From: Candidatus Saccharimonadota bacterium
GTDB taxonomy: Archaea; Micrarchaeota; Micrarchaeia; Micrarchaeales; Micrarchaeaceae
Assembly (NCBI GenBank): GCA_963705375.1
Contig: OY970071.1
Location: 30,001 to 62,000 of the forward strand
DNA length: 32,000 nucleotides
Direction of reading: 5' to 3'
Shown here piece by piece: positions 24,667 through 32,000 of the stretch. Below the pieces are notes generated by a model that was given only the letters and a program-made list of their open reading frames with translations, had not been told where the DNA came from and made no database searches. The stretch's first letter is position 1; each line of letters begins with the position of its first letter. The position numbers and the translations under genes are program-made.

Positions 24667-26217
24667 TTAGAATATGTGAAGAGCCCACCAGCGCATTGCC
24701 CTTTTTAGATATATTATCAAAGTGTTTGTGTTCCTTTTTATGTCTTTTACAAGCGCTTTGTAGAGGATCTTTTCCTGCGGGTCGAGCTTGCCTTCCTTGA
24801 CGATTTCCTGCTTCTTTCCGTCAACTATCTGCGTTTCGGTCTTGCTTATTACGTCTTTCTTGACCATCTGGAACCACTCGTCAAGCGAGCTGCTTGCGTA
24901 ATCCTTATCTCTCAGTATGTTCAGCAGGTCCTCTGTGGCGAGCATTCTGGCTTCTTTCTTCGCATACTCGTGGAGGAGCGGAAGCATCTTCGCCCTGTCT
25001 GCTACGCGCGCTATATCTGCAGGAGAGAATCCCATGGTGGCTCTCGAAAGCCTGCCTAGATTAAGTTTCTTCCTTGGAGCGTTCTTGGTGTACAGGTCGA
25101 ATATCTTCTTTCTGTCGCTGTATGACGGTGCTGTGATGTACAGTGTGTCTCCGAACCTTCCACTACGCTTCAGTGCTGGATCGATGTCCCATGGCTGGTT
25201 GGTTGCGCCCACGACGTAGAGTCCTTCCGGATTCTTCTCCACACCGCTCATCTCTACCAGGAACTGGTTTATCGCAAGCCTTATTGAGTTGCTCTCGCCG
25301 CCCTCGCCTCCTCCTCGTTTTGTGCCCAGAGCGTCAAGCTCATCAAAGAATATTATGCAAGGCGTGTTCTTCCTCGCTTGCTCGAATATCGCATGTAGGT
25401 TCTTCTCGGTGTTGCCCGTGTACATGTCGACTATCTGGTTTATCTGTGCTATTATCATGTTGGCGCCGGTTTCTCCTGCTATTGCCTGCGCCATGTAAGT
25501 CTTTCCTGTGCCAGGCGGTCCATAGAACAAGAGTCCAATACCCATCTTCTTTCCGTATTTCTTGAAGAGGTCCGGCCTATTTATCGAAAGCACCACGTTG
25601 TCCTTCAGATAATCTATTGCCTTCTTCTGGCCTATGTATGCGTCAAACTTGGTGGTCGATTTGAAGAAAGGCACCTTCTTGATCTGGCCTTCTTCAATGA
25701 CTGCCTCTTTCTCATCGTATTTTTCAATATTTTTCTGTGCGGTCTCGGACGGTGCAGCATTCTCGCCTATGTCCAGGCTCAGCTTTTTGTCTATGTGCTC
25801 CAACCTACTCTTCGCTTCCGCATAGTCTGGATTGTTGGTTAACGAGCGCACGTACCAGTACCTTGCGCCTGTGTAATCGTTGTTGCTCTCGGCCATGTCT
25901 CCGATGAGCAATGGAGCATCGGCGCTCTTGGGCTGGAGCTCCATCACGGCCTCAAGGTCTTTCTTAGCAGCAGAAAAATCCTTTATTACCCTTTCTGTCA
26001 GTGCCTTGTTGAAATAAGCATCAGCATACTTGCTGTCTATCTTGATGGCTTCTTCGTACTCTTTGATTGCGTCTTCGAACCTGTTCTCTTCAAAGCATGA
26101 ATTTCCTTTGCGCCAATGGTCCTTTGCTTCTATCGGGACCTCGTGAACTTCGCCGGCTTTGCCTGGCGCTGCTGCTGGAGTCCCTGGCCCTTGGTTCTCC
26201 GGTAGCTTGTCGGCCAT
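24667..26217 (-). CDS. TPR-repeat plus classical AAA+ ATPase fusion protein
   Basis: N-terminal TPRs (AIKEYEEAIKIDSKYADAYFNKALT..., ARYWYVRSLTNNPDYAEAKSRL). Walker A GLLFYGPPGTGKTY, Walker B CIIFFDELDAL, SRH region ATNQPWDIDPALKRSGRFG. ATG with cataaatag about 25-30 nt upstream. Confidence 0.85.
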   Translation of the reverse strand: MADKLPENQGPGTPAAAPGKAGEVHEVPIEAKDHWRKGNSCFEENRFEDAIKEYEEAIKIDSKYADAYFNKALTERVIKDFSAAKKDLEAVMELQPKSADAPLLIGDMAESNNDYTGARYWYVRSLTNNPDYAEAKSRLEHIDKKLSLDIGENAAPSETAQKNIEKYDEKEAVIEEGQIKKVPFFKSTTKFDAYIGQKKAIDYLKDNVVLSINRPDLFKKYGKKMGIGLLFYGPPGTGKTYMAQAIAGETGANMIIAQINQIVDMYTGNTEKNLHAIFEQARKNTPCIIFFDELDALGTKRGGGEGGESNSIRLAINQFLVEMSGVEKNPEGLYVVGATNQPWDIDPALKRSGRFGDTLYITAPSYSDRKKIFDLYTKNAPRKKLNLGRLSRATMGFSPADIARVADRAKMLPLLHEYAKKEARMLATEDLLNILRDKDYASSSLDEWFQMVKKDVISKTETQIVDGKKQEIVKEGKLDPQEKILYKALVKDIKRNTNTLIIYLKRAMRWWALHIF

Positions 26218-26243
26218 AAAATTACACTTAATAACTAATCTAT

Positions 26244-26744
26244 TTATGTGCTTGGTTTCGATGCAACGTGATGTGCATTTCCTATCGCGTGCTTGTCCAG
26301 CAAAATATTAAGAGCCTTGTCTACTGCGCTTATGTGCTTGTCCTCCCTTCTGAGGTTTACAAATATCACGTTGCCGAGCGCCGCAGCCAGTTCGCTTGCC
26401 CTTCTGTACAACGCCTTCAACTGAGTGGATTTCGTCTTGTATTCCCTGTTCAGCTGCCTTATTGCGAGTTCGCTGTCAGAATTCAGCGTTATCTTGGTTT
26501 CGTGTGCGTCGCCCACATTTTTTAAGCACCATTCCAATGCCTCTATTATCGCTTTGTACTCGGCTATGTTGTTGGTTACGCGGCCGTTATAGAACGCATC
26601 TTTCTTGATTATCTTGCCGTTCTCGAAGATCGCGTAACCAGACGCGCTGGGTCCAGGGTTTCCTCTAGCGGCTCCGTCAGTGTATATCTCGAGCTTACGC
26701 TGGTGCGTCGAAACCGCCAAGTGTCCCATCAGAGTGCTCTGCAT
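26244..26744 (-). CDS. rnhA: Ribonuclease HI (type 1 RNase H)
   Basis: LEIYTDGAARGNPGPSASGY (Asp), NNIAEYKAIIEALEW (Glu), LNSDSELAIRQL (Asp), C-terminal SAVDKALN. Start taken at ATG 26744 (MQSTLMGH...); the alternative is 26729. Confidence 0.85.
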   Translation of the reverse strand: MQSTLMGHLAVSTHQRKLEIYTDGAARGNPGPSASGYAIFENGKIIKKDAFYNGRVTNNIAEYKAIIEALEWCLKNVGDAHETKITLNSDSELAIRQLNREYKTKSTQLKALYRRASELAAALGNVIFVNLRREDKHISAVDKALNILLDKHAIGNAHHVASKPST

Positions 26745-26750
26745 GCGAAA

Positions 26751-26773
26751 GACACACACCTATGTGTGTGGTC
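26751..26773. other. (CA)n/(TG)n hairpin between the 633-aa orphan and rnhA
   Basis: gacacacacctatgtgtgtggtc forms a 9-bp stem with one bulged G and the loop ccta/ctat. Function unknown (terminator or promoter-proximal element). Confidence 0.25.
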
Positions 26774-26817
26774 TTTTAAATCCCTTACTGAGCGTATGTT
26801 ATGATGATCGTGCTCGA

Positions 26818-28719
26818 TCAGTCTCCTGGATGATAGTCCTGCTCGGTACGCCTTCTGATCTCCTTTTTCAATGCGCTTTGGCCCAGATTCGTGCTCGCCT
26901 CCCGGAGCTCTGTAAGCCCTATCAATTGCCTTGCTATGCTGCCGGACCACCAGGTATCTGCACCGTATAGCTTTCGTGCTTTGTAGTTTTCACTTAATCC
27001 ACTCACATTTTCTAGGGTTCTCTGAGCAATCAGCCTATATGCATCTTGCATAGTCTCTGCTTTCTTTACCTGTCCGACAAACCTTTCGAATTCTGCTTGA
27101 TCGAAACCGTTTGGTGAAGCGGTAAGCTCTTGGAACTTTAGGATAGAAATAAACCAAGGCTTGTCATACGCCGATAACTGGTCCTCGTATGTAAGGGATT
27201 GGAGTTTTTTGTCCCCTTGCCTGTCAAGCCATGATATGATAGATATCAAATTGGGCTCAATGCCCGCCTCGCCATGTTCCATCATCGCCTCCAACTTATC
27301 ATTAACATAGGTCAAAGCCCTCTCCAGAGGCGTGTCATACACGCTACCGCTCCTGACCAAACGTGCCATCCTTTCATTCAATTCGGGGTCAGAGGTGCTC
27401 GGAGGGGTTTCTACTTCAGGTTCTGTATTCTTTAACAGGCGCATTAGGACGTCTACTGCCTTTTCAGGAGCGTTGTGCTCCTTTACCAAAACCTCTCTTT
27501 CGTAAAAGGGCCTATCCTGGACTTCCTTTAATAGGTCATTTACTAGCTCGCCGTATCCGCTACGTCCAAGACTTCGCTCATAATCTGCCGCTCTCGTAAA
27601 AGCGGCATCTAGCTCTTTCTTGTCGTTGGTGCTGTAATAGCTAGCCATGGCCTTGATGAGTTCATGTACATAAGGTCTTTCGTCATGCACTGTTTCTTTC
27701 AACAGACCGCTTAACGCAGGTGCGTCTACTCTGTTTTGTTTTAGCCTAGATAAATTTGTCCCTGGAACCTGGCTCATAATCATTAACAGCTCGTTTATGT
27801 TGGGTGGTGTTACACGTACGGCGTAGCAATGAACGATGAAATCGCCTATGCCGAATGCATCGAGATCCCCTGCAAATATGTTATGCCCGCTTGTCAATAT
27901 GGCTATTTGATCGTCTTTGGTTTTGAAGGCAGGAAGCAACTTGTCTATAAGGCTTCGTGTGCTATCGTCGGTTAATAGATGGTGCCCGCTATATTGGTGC
28001 ACAACAGAATGAAGAAAGTCTTCCTGAACCTTGGTGTCTGTAACCGGCATTTCCTTGAACAACCTTAAGATTCTACTAGCTTGTTCCGGGCTATTTAAGC
28101 CAACGCCTATCGATACGGCCTGGGCCAAATACTTCGAAGATTCCCCTTTAAGGTTTTCTGGACTGGAAAATATATACGCATAAACTTCGATCGCAACCTC
28201 AAAATGTTTCCTTAAGTCGTCTAAGCTTAAATTTGGCCGTGGTGCCGTACCTGCCGCCAGATGCGCCCCAACCAATATCTTTATCGTGTCTATATACGAT
28301 GTTGCCATTTTGCGTATGGTGCTCTCTGATTGGTCTGTTAAAAATCGCTCTCTCCATTTGTGCGCCTGTTCTTGAAGAAGTTCTGCTTCGGCCAGCGAAT
28401 TGACCGCTTTTGTCAAGATAATCATGGTTACGGCACGTATTCTATCCTTTTCCTGAATGGCTGCGTACGTTTGATAACGAGAACAGTATGCCGTACTGTC
28501 TGTGTCTGCTAGAGCTCGTAGATATGGTTCCAAATCCTTTCTAGGAATGTCCTTTTTTATTAGTTCTTCTGCAAGCTTTCTTCTGGCATCTGGCTCGTTC
28601 TCACGTCCCTCTTCGCCATACTCGGAAATCGCAGGCAAAACTCGATTTATCAGCTGTTCAATTTCTGCATGTTTTCTTTCATCGGCCTTGACTTGTGAAC
28701 TGGACTTTGTTGTCCCCAT
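26818..28719 (-). CDS. Orphan 633-aa alpha-helical protein
   Basis: Long uninterrupted ORF. ATG 28719 (MGTTKSSSQ...) with ataaatattt about 30 nt upstream. No catalytic or binding motif recognised. Confidence 0.65.
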   Translation of the reverse strand: MGTTKSSSQVKADERKHAEIEQLINRVLPAISEYGEEGRENEPDARRKLAEELIKKDIPRKDLEPYLRALADTDSTAYCSRYQTYAAIQEKDRIRAVTMIILTKAVNSLAEAELLQEQAHKWRERFLTDQSESTIRKMATSYIDTIKILVGAHLAAGTAPRPNLSLDDLRKHFEVAIEVYAYIFSSPENLKGESSKYLAQAVSIGVGLNSPEQASRILRLFKEMPVTDTKVQEDFLHSVVHQYSGHHLLTDDSTRSLIDKLLPAFKTKDDQIAILTSGHNIFAGDLDAFGIGDFIVHCYAVRVTPPNINELLMIMSQVPGTNLSRLKQNRVDAPALSGLLKETVHDERPYVHELIKAMASYYSTNDKKELDAAFTRAADYERSLGRSGYGELVNDLLKEVQDRPFYEREVLVKEHNAPEKAVDVLMRLLKNTEPEVETPPSTSDPELNERMARLVRSGSVYDTPLERALTYVNDKLEAMMEHGEAGIEPNLISIISWLDRQGDKKLQSLTYEDQLSAYDKPWFISILKFQELTASPNGFDQAEFERFVGQVKKAETMQDAYRLIAQRTLENVSGLSENYKARKLYGADTWWSGSIARQLIGLTELREASTNLGQSALKKEIRRRTEQDYHPGD

Positions 28720-28871
28720 TCGACTCACACAATTGTGCCCTTTTCAAATATTTATGCGTATCTGGGCGTTAAAGAAGGCGTGCCTTGTTGGTTTGTTGCG
28801 CTTCATACATTGCCTCTTATGTTTCGGGCCCTCTGGACCTAAATGCCTATTAAAGCTTTGTATCACAATCC

Positions 28872-29489
28872 ATGAACATGCACCTGTACAGCCTTAAGCA
28901 GGGCGAGGAGCTTGTCAAGGCAGCAAGGAACAGCATAGAGCTCTTCATCATAAACCCTTACTTCAACAAGAAGATTGTGGTTGACAGCATAGCGCAGTTT
29001 GGAGAGAAGCACGGCGTTTTTGTCACACTCGAATATTATCCTACAAAGGAATTGCGCGGGTGCGTAGGTTTCCCCACTGCAGTAGCTCCCCTGAACGAAA
29101 GCATAGTTGACGCGGCAATAGCTGCCGCTTTCGAGGATTCTAGGTTCGTACCTGTATCTAAGAGCGAGCTGAACAACATCGTAGTTGAAGTTAGCGTGCT
29201 TTCAAAGCCGGAACTCATCAAGGGAGGCAAATACAACAGGCTGCGTTCGATAAAGGTGGGAAGGGACGGCCTGATAGTGGCGTATGGCATGTATTCCGGT
29301 CTGCTGCTGCCCATCGTTGCCGTTGACCAGCACTGGGACAAGACGCAGTTTCTGGAGCACGCGTGCGAAAAAGCCGGGCTGGACACGCACTTCTGGTCGC
29401 AGCCAAACGTCAACGTGTTCAGTTTCCAGACACAGGTGTTTCACGAAGAAACGCCGATGGGCAAAGTGTCAGAGGTAACATTGGAATAA
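28872..29489 (+). CDS. AMMECR1-domain protein
   Basis: HGVFVTLEYYPTKELRGCVGFPTAVAPL...AAFEDSRFVPV contains the LRGC[IV]G AMMECR1 signature; 205 aa. Confidence 0.85.
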   Translation: MNMHLYSLKQGEELVKAARNSIELFIINPYFNKKIVVDSIAQFGEKHGVFVTLEYYPTKELRGCVGFPTAVAPLNESIVDAAIAAAFEDSRFVPVSKSELNNIVVEVSVLSKPELIKGGKYNRLRSIKVGRDGLIVAYGMYSGLLLPIVAVDQHWDKTQFLEHACEKAGLDTHFWSQPNVNVFSFQTQVFHEETPMGKVSEVTLE

Positions 29490-29533
29490 GCAAAACTCTT
29501 AAAGATGGAATGTCATATTATATGTAAACTTGA

Positions 29534-29638
29534 GGGCTCGTAGCTTAGCCTGGTTGGAGCGCCCGACTGATATCTCGCTTTCGATTGGAAGTGCTGAAAG
29601 AGATCGGGAGGTCCGGAGTTCAAATCTCCGCGGGCCCA
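29534..29638 (+). tRNA. tRNA-Ile(GAU): tRNA-Ile (anticodon GAU) with a 30-nt intron at the canonical 37/38 position
   Basis: Hand-folded cloverleaf. Acceptor GGGCTCG/CGGGCCC, D stem GCTT/GAGC, anticodon stem CCCGA/TCGGG, variable AGGTC, T arm CGGAG-TTCAAAT-CTCCG, discriminator A. Removing 29573-29602 gives the loop CTGATAA. The body matches the archaeal tRNA-Ile consensus (GGGCCCG...CGGGCCCA). Confidence 0.85.
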
Positions 29639-29685
29639 TATTTATCAAAAGATGCACGTTTGCGTCACAGCTGCTTTTACTGCAG

Positions 29686-30231
29686 TCACGGCTTTTTCAT
29701 TTCGTTTTCCCATTCTGCGAGTATCTTCTGTGTGGCATCCCACTGTTTTTGTTTCTTGACCAGCTGATTTTCTTCATCTGCTAGGCTTTTGAACTCGTCT
29801 ATATTAAAATCTGCTTCAGCTATCAAATCACTTTCGGCCATCTCGCCCTCTTGTGTTTTAGTCCTGCCTGCTACAATCTGTGCGGTCTTGCCTGCTGCAA
29901 TCAGCGCGAATTCTTTCCGGAGTTTAAACCCTTTCGGTTCTTCTGGTGGTGTAGGAACAAGGTTTAGGTCCTCTGCAAGTGTCTTCTGCATGGCCAATAC
30001 ATATTCAATTTCTTGCTCATTAAGGGGATCGACATTCTCTGCAGCATGCATCAAAAGAGCTTCTCGTGAAGTGAGTGGCTCGGCAGCAGCCGCATCATCG
30101 TTTTCCATACTGTGGTCGTTTCCTTGTTCTTCTATCGCTGCTGGCGCAGGACCGCTCGTATTTTGTGGTGTGCCTTCCTCCTTGTTGTTTTCGGCATTGC
30201 CCTTACCATGATCTTTTGTTGCGTTTGGCAT
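29686..30231 (-). CDS. Orphan acidic 181-aa protein
   Basis: ATG 30231 (MPNATKDHGKG...) with atatatattatata 15-30 nt upstream. Low-complexity N-terminus, helical acidic C-terminus. Confidence 0.5.
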   Translation of the reverse strand: MPNATKDHGKGNAENNKEEGTPQNTSGPAPAAIEEQGNDHSMENDDAAAAEPLTSREALLMHAAENVDPLNEQEIEYVLAMQKTLAEDLNLVPTPPEEPKGFKLRKEFALIAAGKTAQIVAGRTKTQEGEMAESDLIAEADFNIDEFKSLADEENQLVKKQKQWDATQKILAEWENEMKKP

Positions 30232-30341
30232 TGTATCTGAGTATATAATATATATTGCCAGATATTTAAGCATTACTCTTCGTTACCGTCTATACACTAT
30301 GTTTTGTGATTTTGATAAATGCCCATTTTGCCCGAAAACTA

Positions 30342-31013
30342 ATGGCGACTTCCTATTGGGTGACAGATAGAGATAAGTATGGTCTCTATCATACATATCC
30401 TGTTCAATGCGTGGTTAAAATGGCTGACCTGCTAAGCAATGACGTGTACGAGTATCTGTCGTACGTGATCGGAAGGCTATCTTCAATAACACGATACAGC
30501 ACAAGGAAGTTCATCATACGACAGACCGTGATGGAGCACATCGGGGATGTCGCATTCATTTCGATGGTGCTATCCGAATACCTAAACAACCAAGGTGTAA
30601 AGAACGATTCTGGCAAGGTGCTGAAGTTGGCGCTCATACACGACGTTCCAGAAGCGATAAGTGGCGACCTGCCTCACGATTCGAAATACGACTATGGCAA
30701 AGTGAGCGATGGGCTTCGAAAGCAGCTAATCGCGCTTGAGCGGGTTACTATGAACTACTCCCTGTCCAAGTTGAACGACAAAAAGACGTCACGGTCGATA
30801 TATACGCTTTTCGAAGAATACACTGCAAGGAATACTGTCGAAAGCAAGATAGTGAAGCTCGCGGACCTCTATGATGTCATGCTCTACACGCGGCAGGAGA
30901 TGAACATGGGCAACATGTCCCTGCTTAACGAGTACAATGGCACCAAGCGCGAATTCAAGACACTGCTCAAAAGCGTTTGCGGCAATTCTAAGGTTGCAAA
31001 AGCTCTTGTTTGA
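30342..31013 (+). CDS. HD-domain phosphohydrolase (YfbR-like 5'-deoxynucleotidase family)
   Basis: TVMEHIGDVAFISMVLSEYL (His) and LALIHDVPEAISGDLPH (HD...D) motifs. Start ambiguous: GTG 30306, ATG 30342 or ATG 30420. Confidence 0.75.
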   Translation: MATSYWVTDRDKYGLYHTYPVQCVVKMADLLSNDVYEYLSYVIGRLSSITRYSTRKFIIRQTVMEHIGDVAFISMVLSEYLNNQGVKNDSGKVLKLALIHDVPEAISGDLPHDSKYDYGKVSDGLRKQLIALERVTMNYSLSKLNDKKTSRSIYTLFEEYTARNTVESKIVKLADLYDVMLYTRQEMNMGNMSLLNEYNGTKREFKTLLKSVCGNSKVAKALV

Positions 31014-31959
31014 CCTGCTTCCTGCTTTCCAACATTGGTGCTGCGGAATACCCTGCCCGTTGCAGGTTTCTGGATAGTGCCTCTGCCTCATGCCCGTATG
31101 TAAAAATGCGCCCTGCGCCAGTCGCGTCTATGTATTCTGTGCATTGCTTGAAGTCTGCATGATCGCTTAGCGCGAACTGCACATCAGTATCGAACCTAAA
31201 CTTCTTTGCAAAACCGGTCGCTACGGCCGTGAACACGCGTTTTCCGTGAACTTTGCCTAGCGTGCCACTGAGCTCCCTCAAATCGCGGGAATCCGTTACG
31301 CCCACGAAATTGTCCTTGACTATTTCCTCATAATCACTGTCTGCATCGTATGCCGATGCGTACTCTATGTTTATTCCCCAGTCACGGTAAACCCTGCTTG
31401 CAGTGCTTATCTTCCTGCTCACAAGCGGAGTCACGCCTATTTCGTTCAGCAGCGCTATTATCTCCTGAGACTTCCCCATCGCGTATGCGCTGAACAGCAC
31501 TATTCCGCGGTTTAGCTTGCTCTTTGTCCAGTCCTGAAGGCAGGATTCGACATCGCTTCTGTCATCGAATCTCATATCAGGTTCAGGATACGTTGAATCT
31601 ACTATTACAGTGTCTGCACTTGCTATCTCGATGTGCTTCGCTGTTCTTGACTCTTGCATCTTGAAGTCGCCGGTGTATATGGTGCGGTTTCCGCTTTCTG
31701 TGTTGTCTATGCAGAGCTGCTTTGCTCCTAGCATGTGCCCCGAATCAAGCATGCTGAACTGGGCATTGTCGCCCACTTTCAGTGTCGAATGCGCTCTGCT
31801 CTCTTGGCCTAGAAGCTGCATGGTCTCGTCACTAGCCAGTATGTACTGCGCTGACTTTACAGCTGATGTGTGGTCGCTGTGAGCATGGGATATGAAGTCA
31901 AGGTCGCTCCCAGACTCCCTTCTGTCTAGCGCTATGTTCATGTTATTGACGCATAGCAT
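30988..31959 (-). CDS. Metallo-beta-lactamase-fold beta-CASP-type nuclease
   Basis: HxHxDH motif FISHAHSDHTS. beta-CASP-like motifs VDSTY (A), LSDHAD (B), TYGHE (C). taattaaaag lies about 30 nt upstream of ATG 31959. The 3' end overlaps the HD gene by 26 nt (convergent). Confidence 0.8.
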   Translation of the reverse strand: MLCVNNMNIALDRRESGSDLDFISHAHSDHTSAVKSAQYILASDETMQLLGQESRAHSTLKVGDNAQFSMLDSGHMLGAKQLCIDNTESGNRTIYTGDFKMQESRTAKHIEIASADTVIVDSTYPEPDMRFDDRSDVESCLQDWTKSKLNRGIVLFSAYAMGKSQEIIALLNEIGVTPLVSRKISTASRVYRDWGINIEYASAYDADSDYEEIVKDNFVGVTDSRDLRELSGTLGKVHGKRVFTAVATGFAKKFRFDTDVQFALSDHADFKQCTEYIDATGAGRIFTYGHEAEALSRNLQRAGYSAAPMLESRKQVKQELLQP

Positions 31960-32000
31960 TCTGTCGCCAGCGCTTATTATCTGGGAAGCTTTTAATTACT

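Noticed and set aside
29567-29603. Alternative reading of the tRNA as tRNA-Phe(GAA) with the intron placed after position 35 (loop CTGAAGA).
   Set aside because: The acceptor, variable and T regions match the archaeal tRNA-Ile consensus (GGGCCCG...AGGTC...CGGGCCCA) rather than tRNA-Phe. A 35/36 intron also gives no better BHB.
30988-31013. Convergent 3'-end overlaps (HD/MBL 26 nt; ilvH/methyltransferase 12 nt), considered as possible regulatory antisense arrangements.
   Set aside because: They fit the general extreme gene packing of this segment, and nothing sequence-specific such as hairpins or motifs distinguishes them.
1-32000. CRISPR arrays, rRNA genes, reverse transcriptase/DGR or retron features, integrase plus att sites.
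   Set aside because: I found no regularly spaced direct repeats, no rRNA-like conserved blocks, and no RT (YxDD) or tyrosine/serine recombinase motifs in any listed ORF.

Overview
This is an archaeal chromosomal segment. The diagnostic features are a TBP-fold protein, ribosomal protein L21e, the RNA polymerase subunit F (Rpo4) plus DUF655 pair, an Nre-family protein, an intron-containing tRNA-Ile, and A/T-rich TATA-like boxes about 25-40 nt upstream of most start codons, so many transcripts look leaderless. Gene packing is very tight, with several convergent 3' overlaps. Housekeeping genes: MiaB/MtaB-type methylthiotransferase, IleRS, Nre, RpoF, DUF655, L21e, acetolactate synthase large and small subunits, a THUMP+FtsJ-type RNA methyltransferase, RNase HI, AMMECR1, an HD hydrolase and a beta-CASP/MBL nuclease. 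Accessory or orphan material sits between them. It includes a tandem triplication of histidine-phosphatase genes with a fourth-copy relic, and a single-HKD PLD-like protein with an inserted membrane hairpin followed by a compact operon of four small orphan helical proteins. It also includes a roughly 6-kb island (13.9-19.7 kb) holding two orphan genes that share a 40-aa repeat module, an apparently intact IS4/IS5-type insertion sequence with inverted repeats and target-site duplication, a GNAT, a double Lrp/AsnC-like regulator and a zinc-finger-like micro-ORF. A co-directional array of a 633-aa orphan, RNase HI and a TPR-AAA+ ATPase lies further right. No CRISPR array, rRNA or obvious known defence system was seen. 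The item I rate highest is a 108-aa protein made of exactly ONE TBP repeat (canonical TBPs have two), with no room for a second repeat in the flanks. Other candidates are the four-gene orphan operon, the shared 40-aa module genes, the conserved non-coding leader of the phosphatase paralogs, and a tRNA intron for which I could not draw a strict bulge-helix-bulge. All function calls come from motif recognition by eye; no database search was possible.
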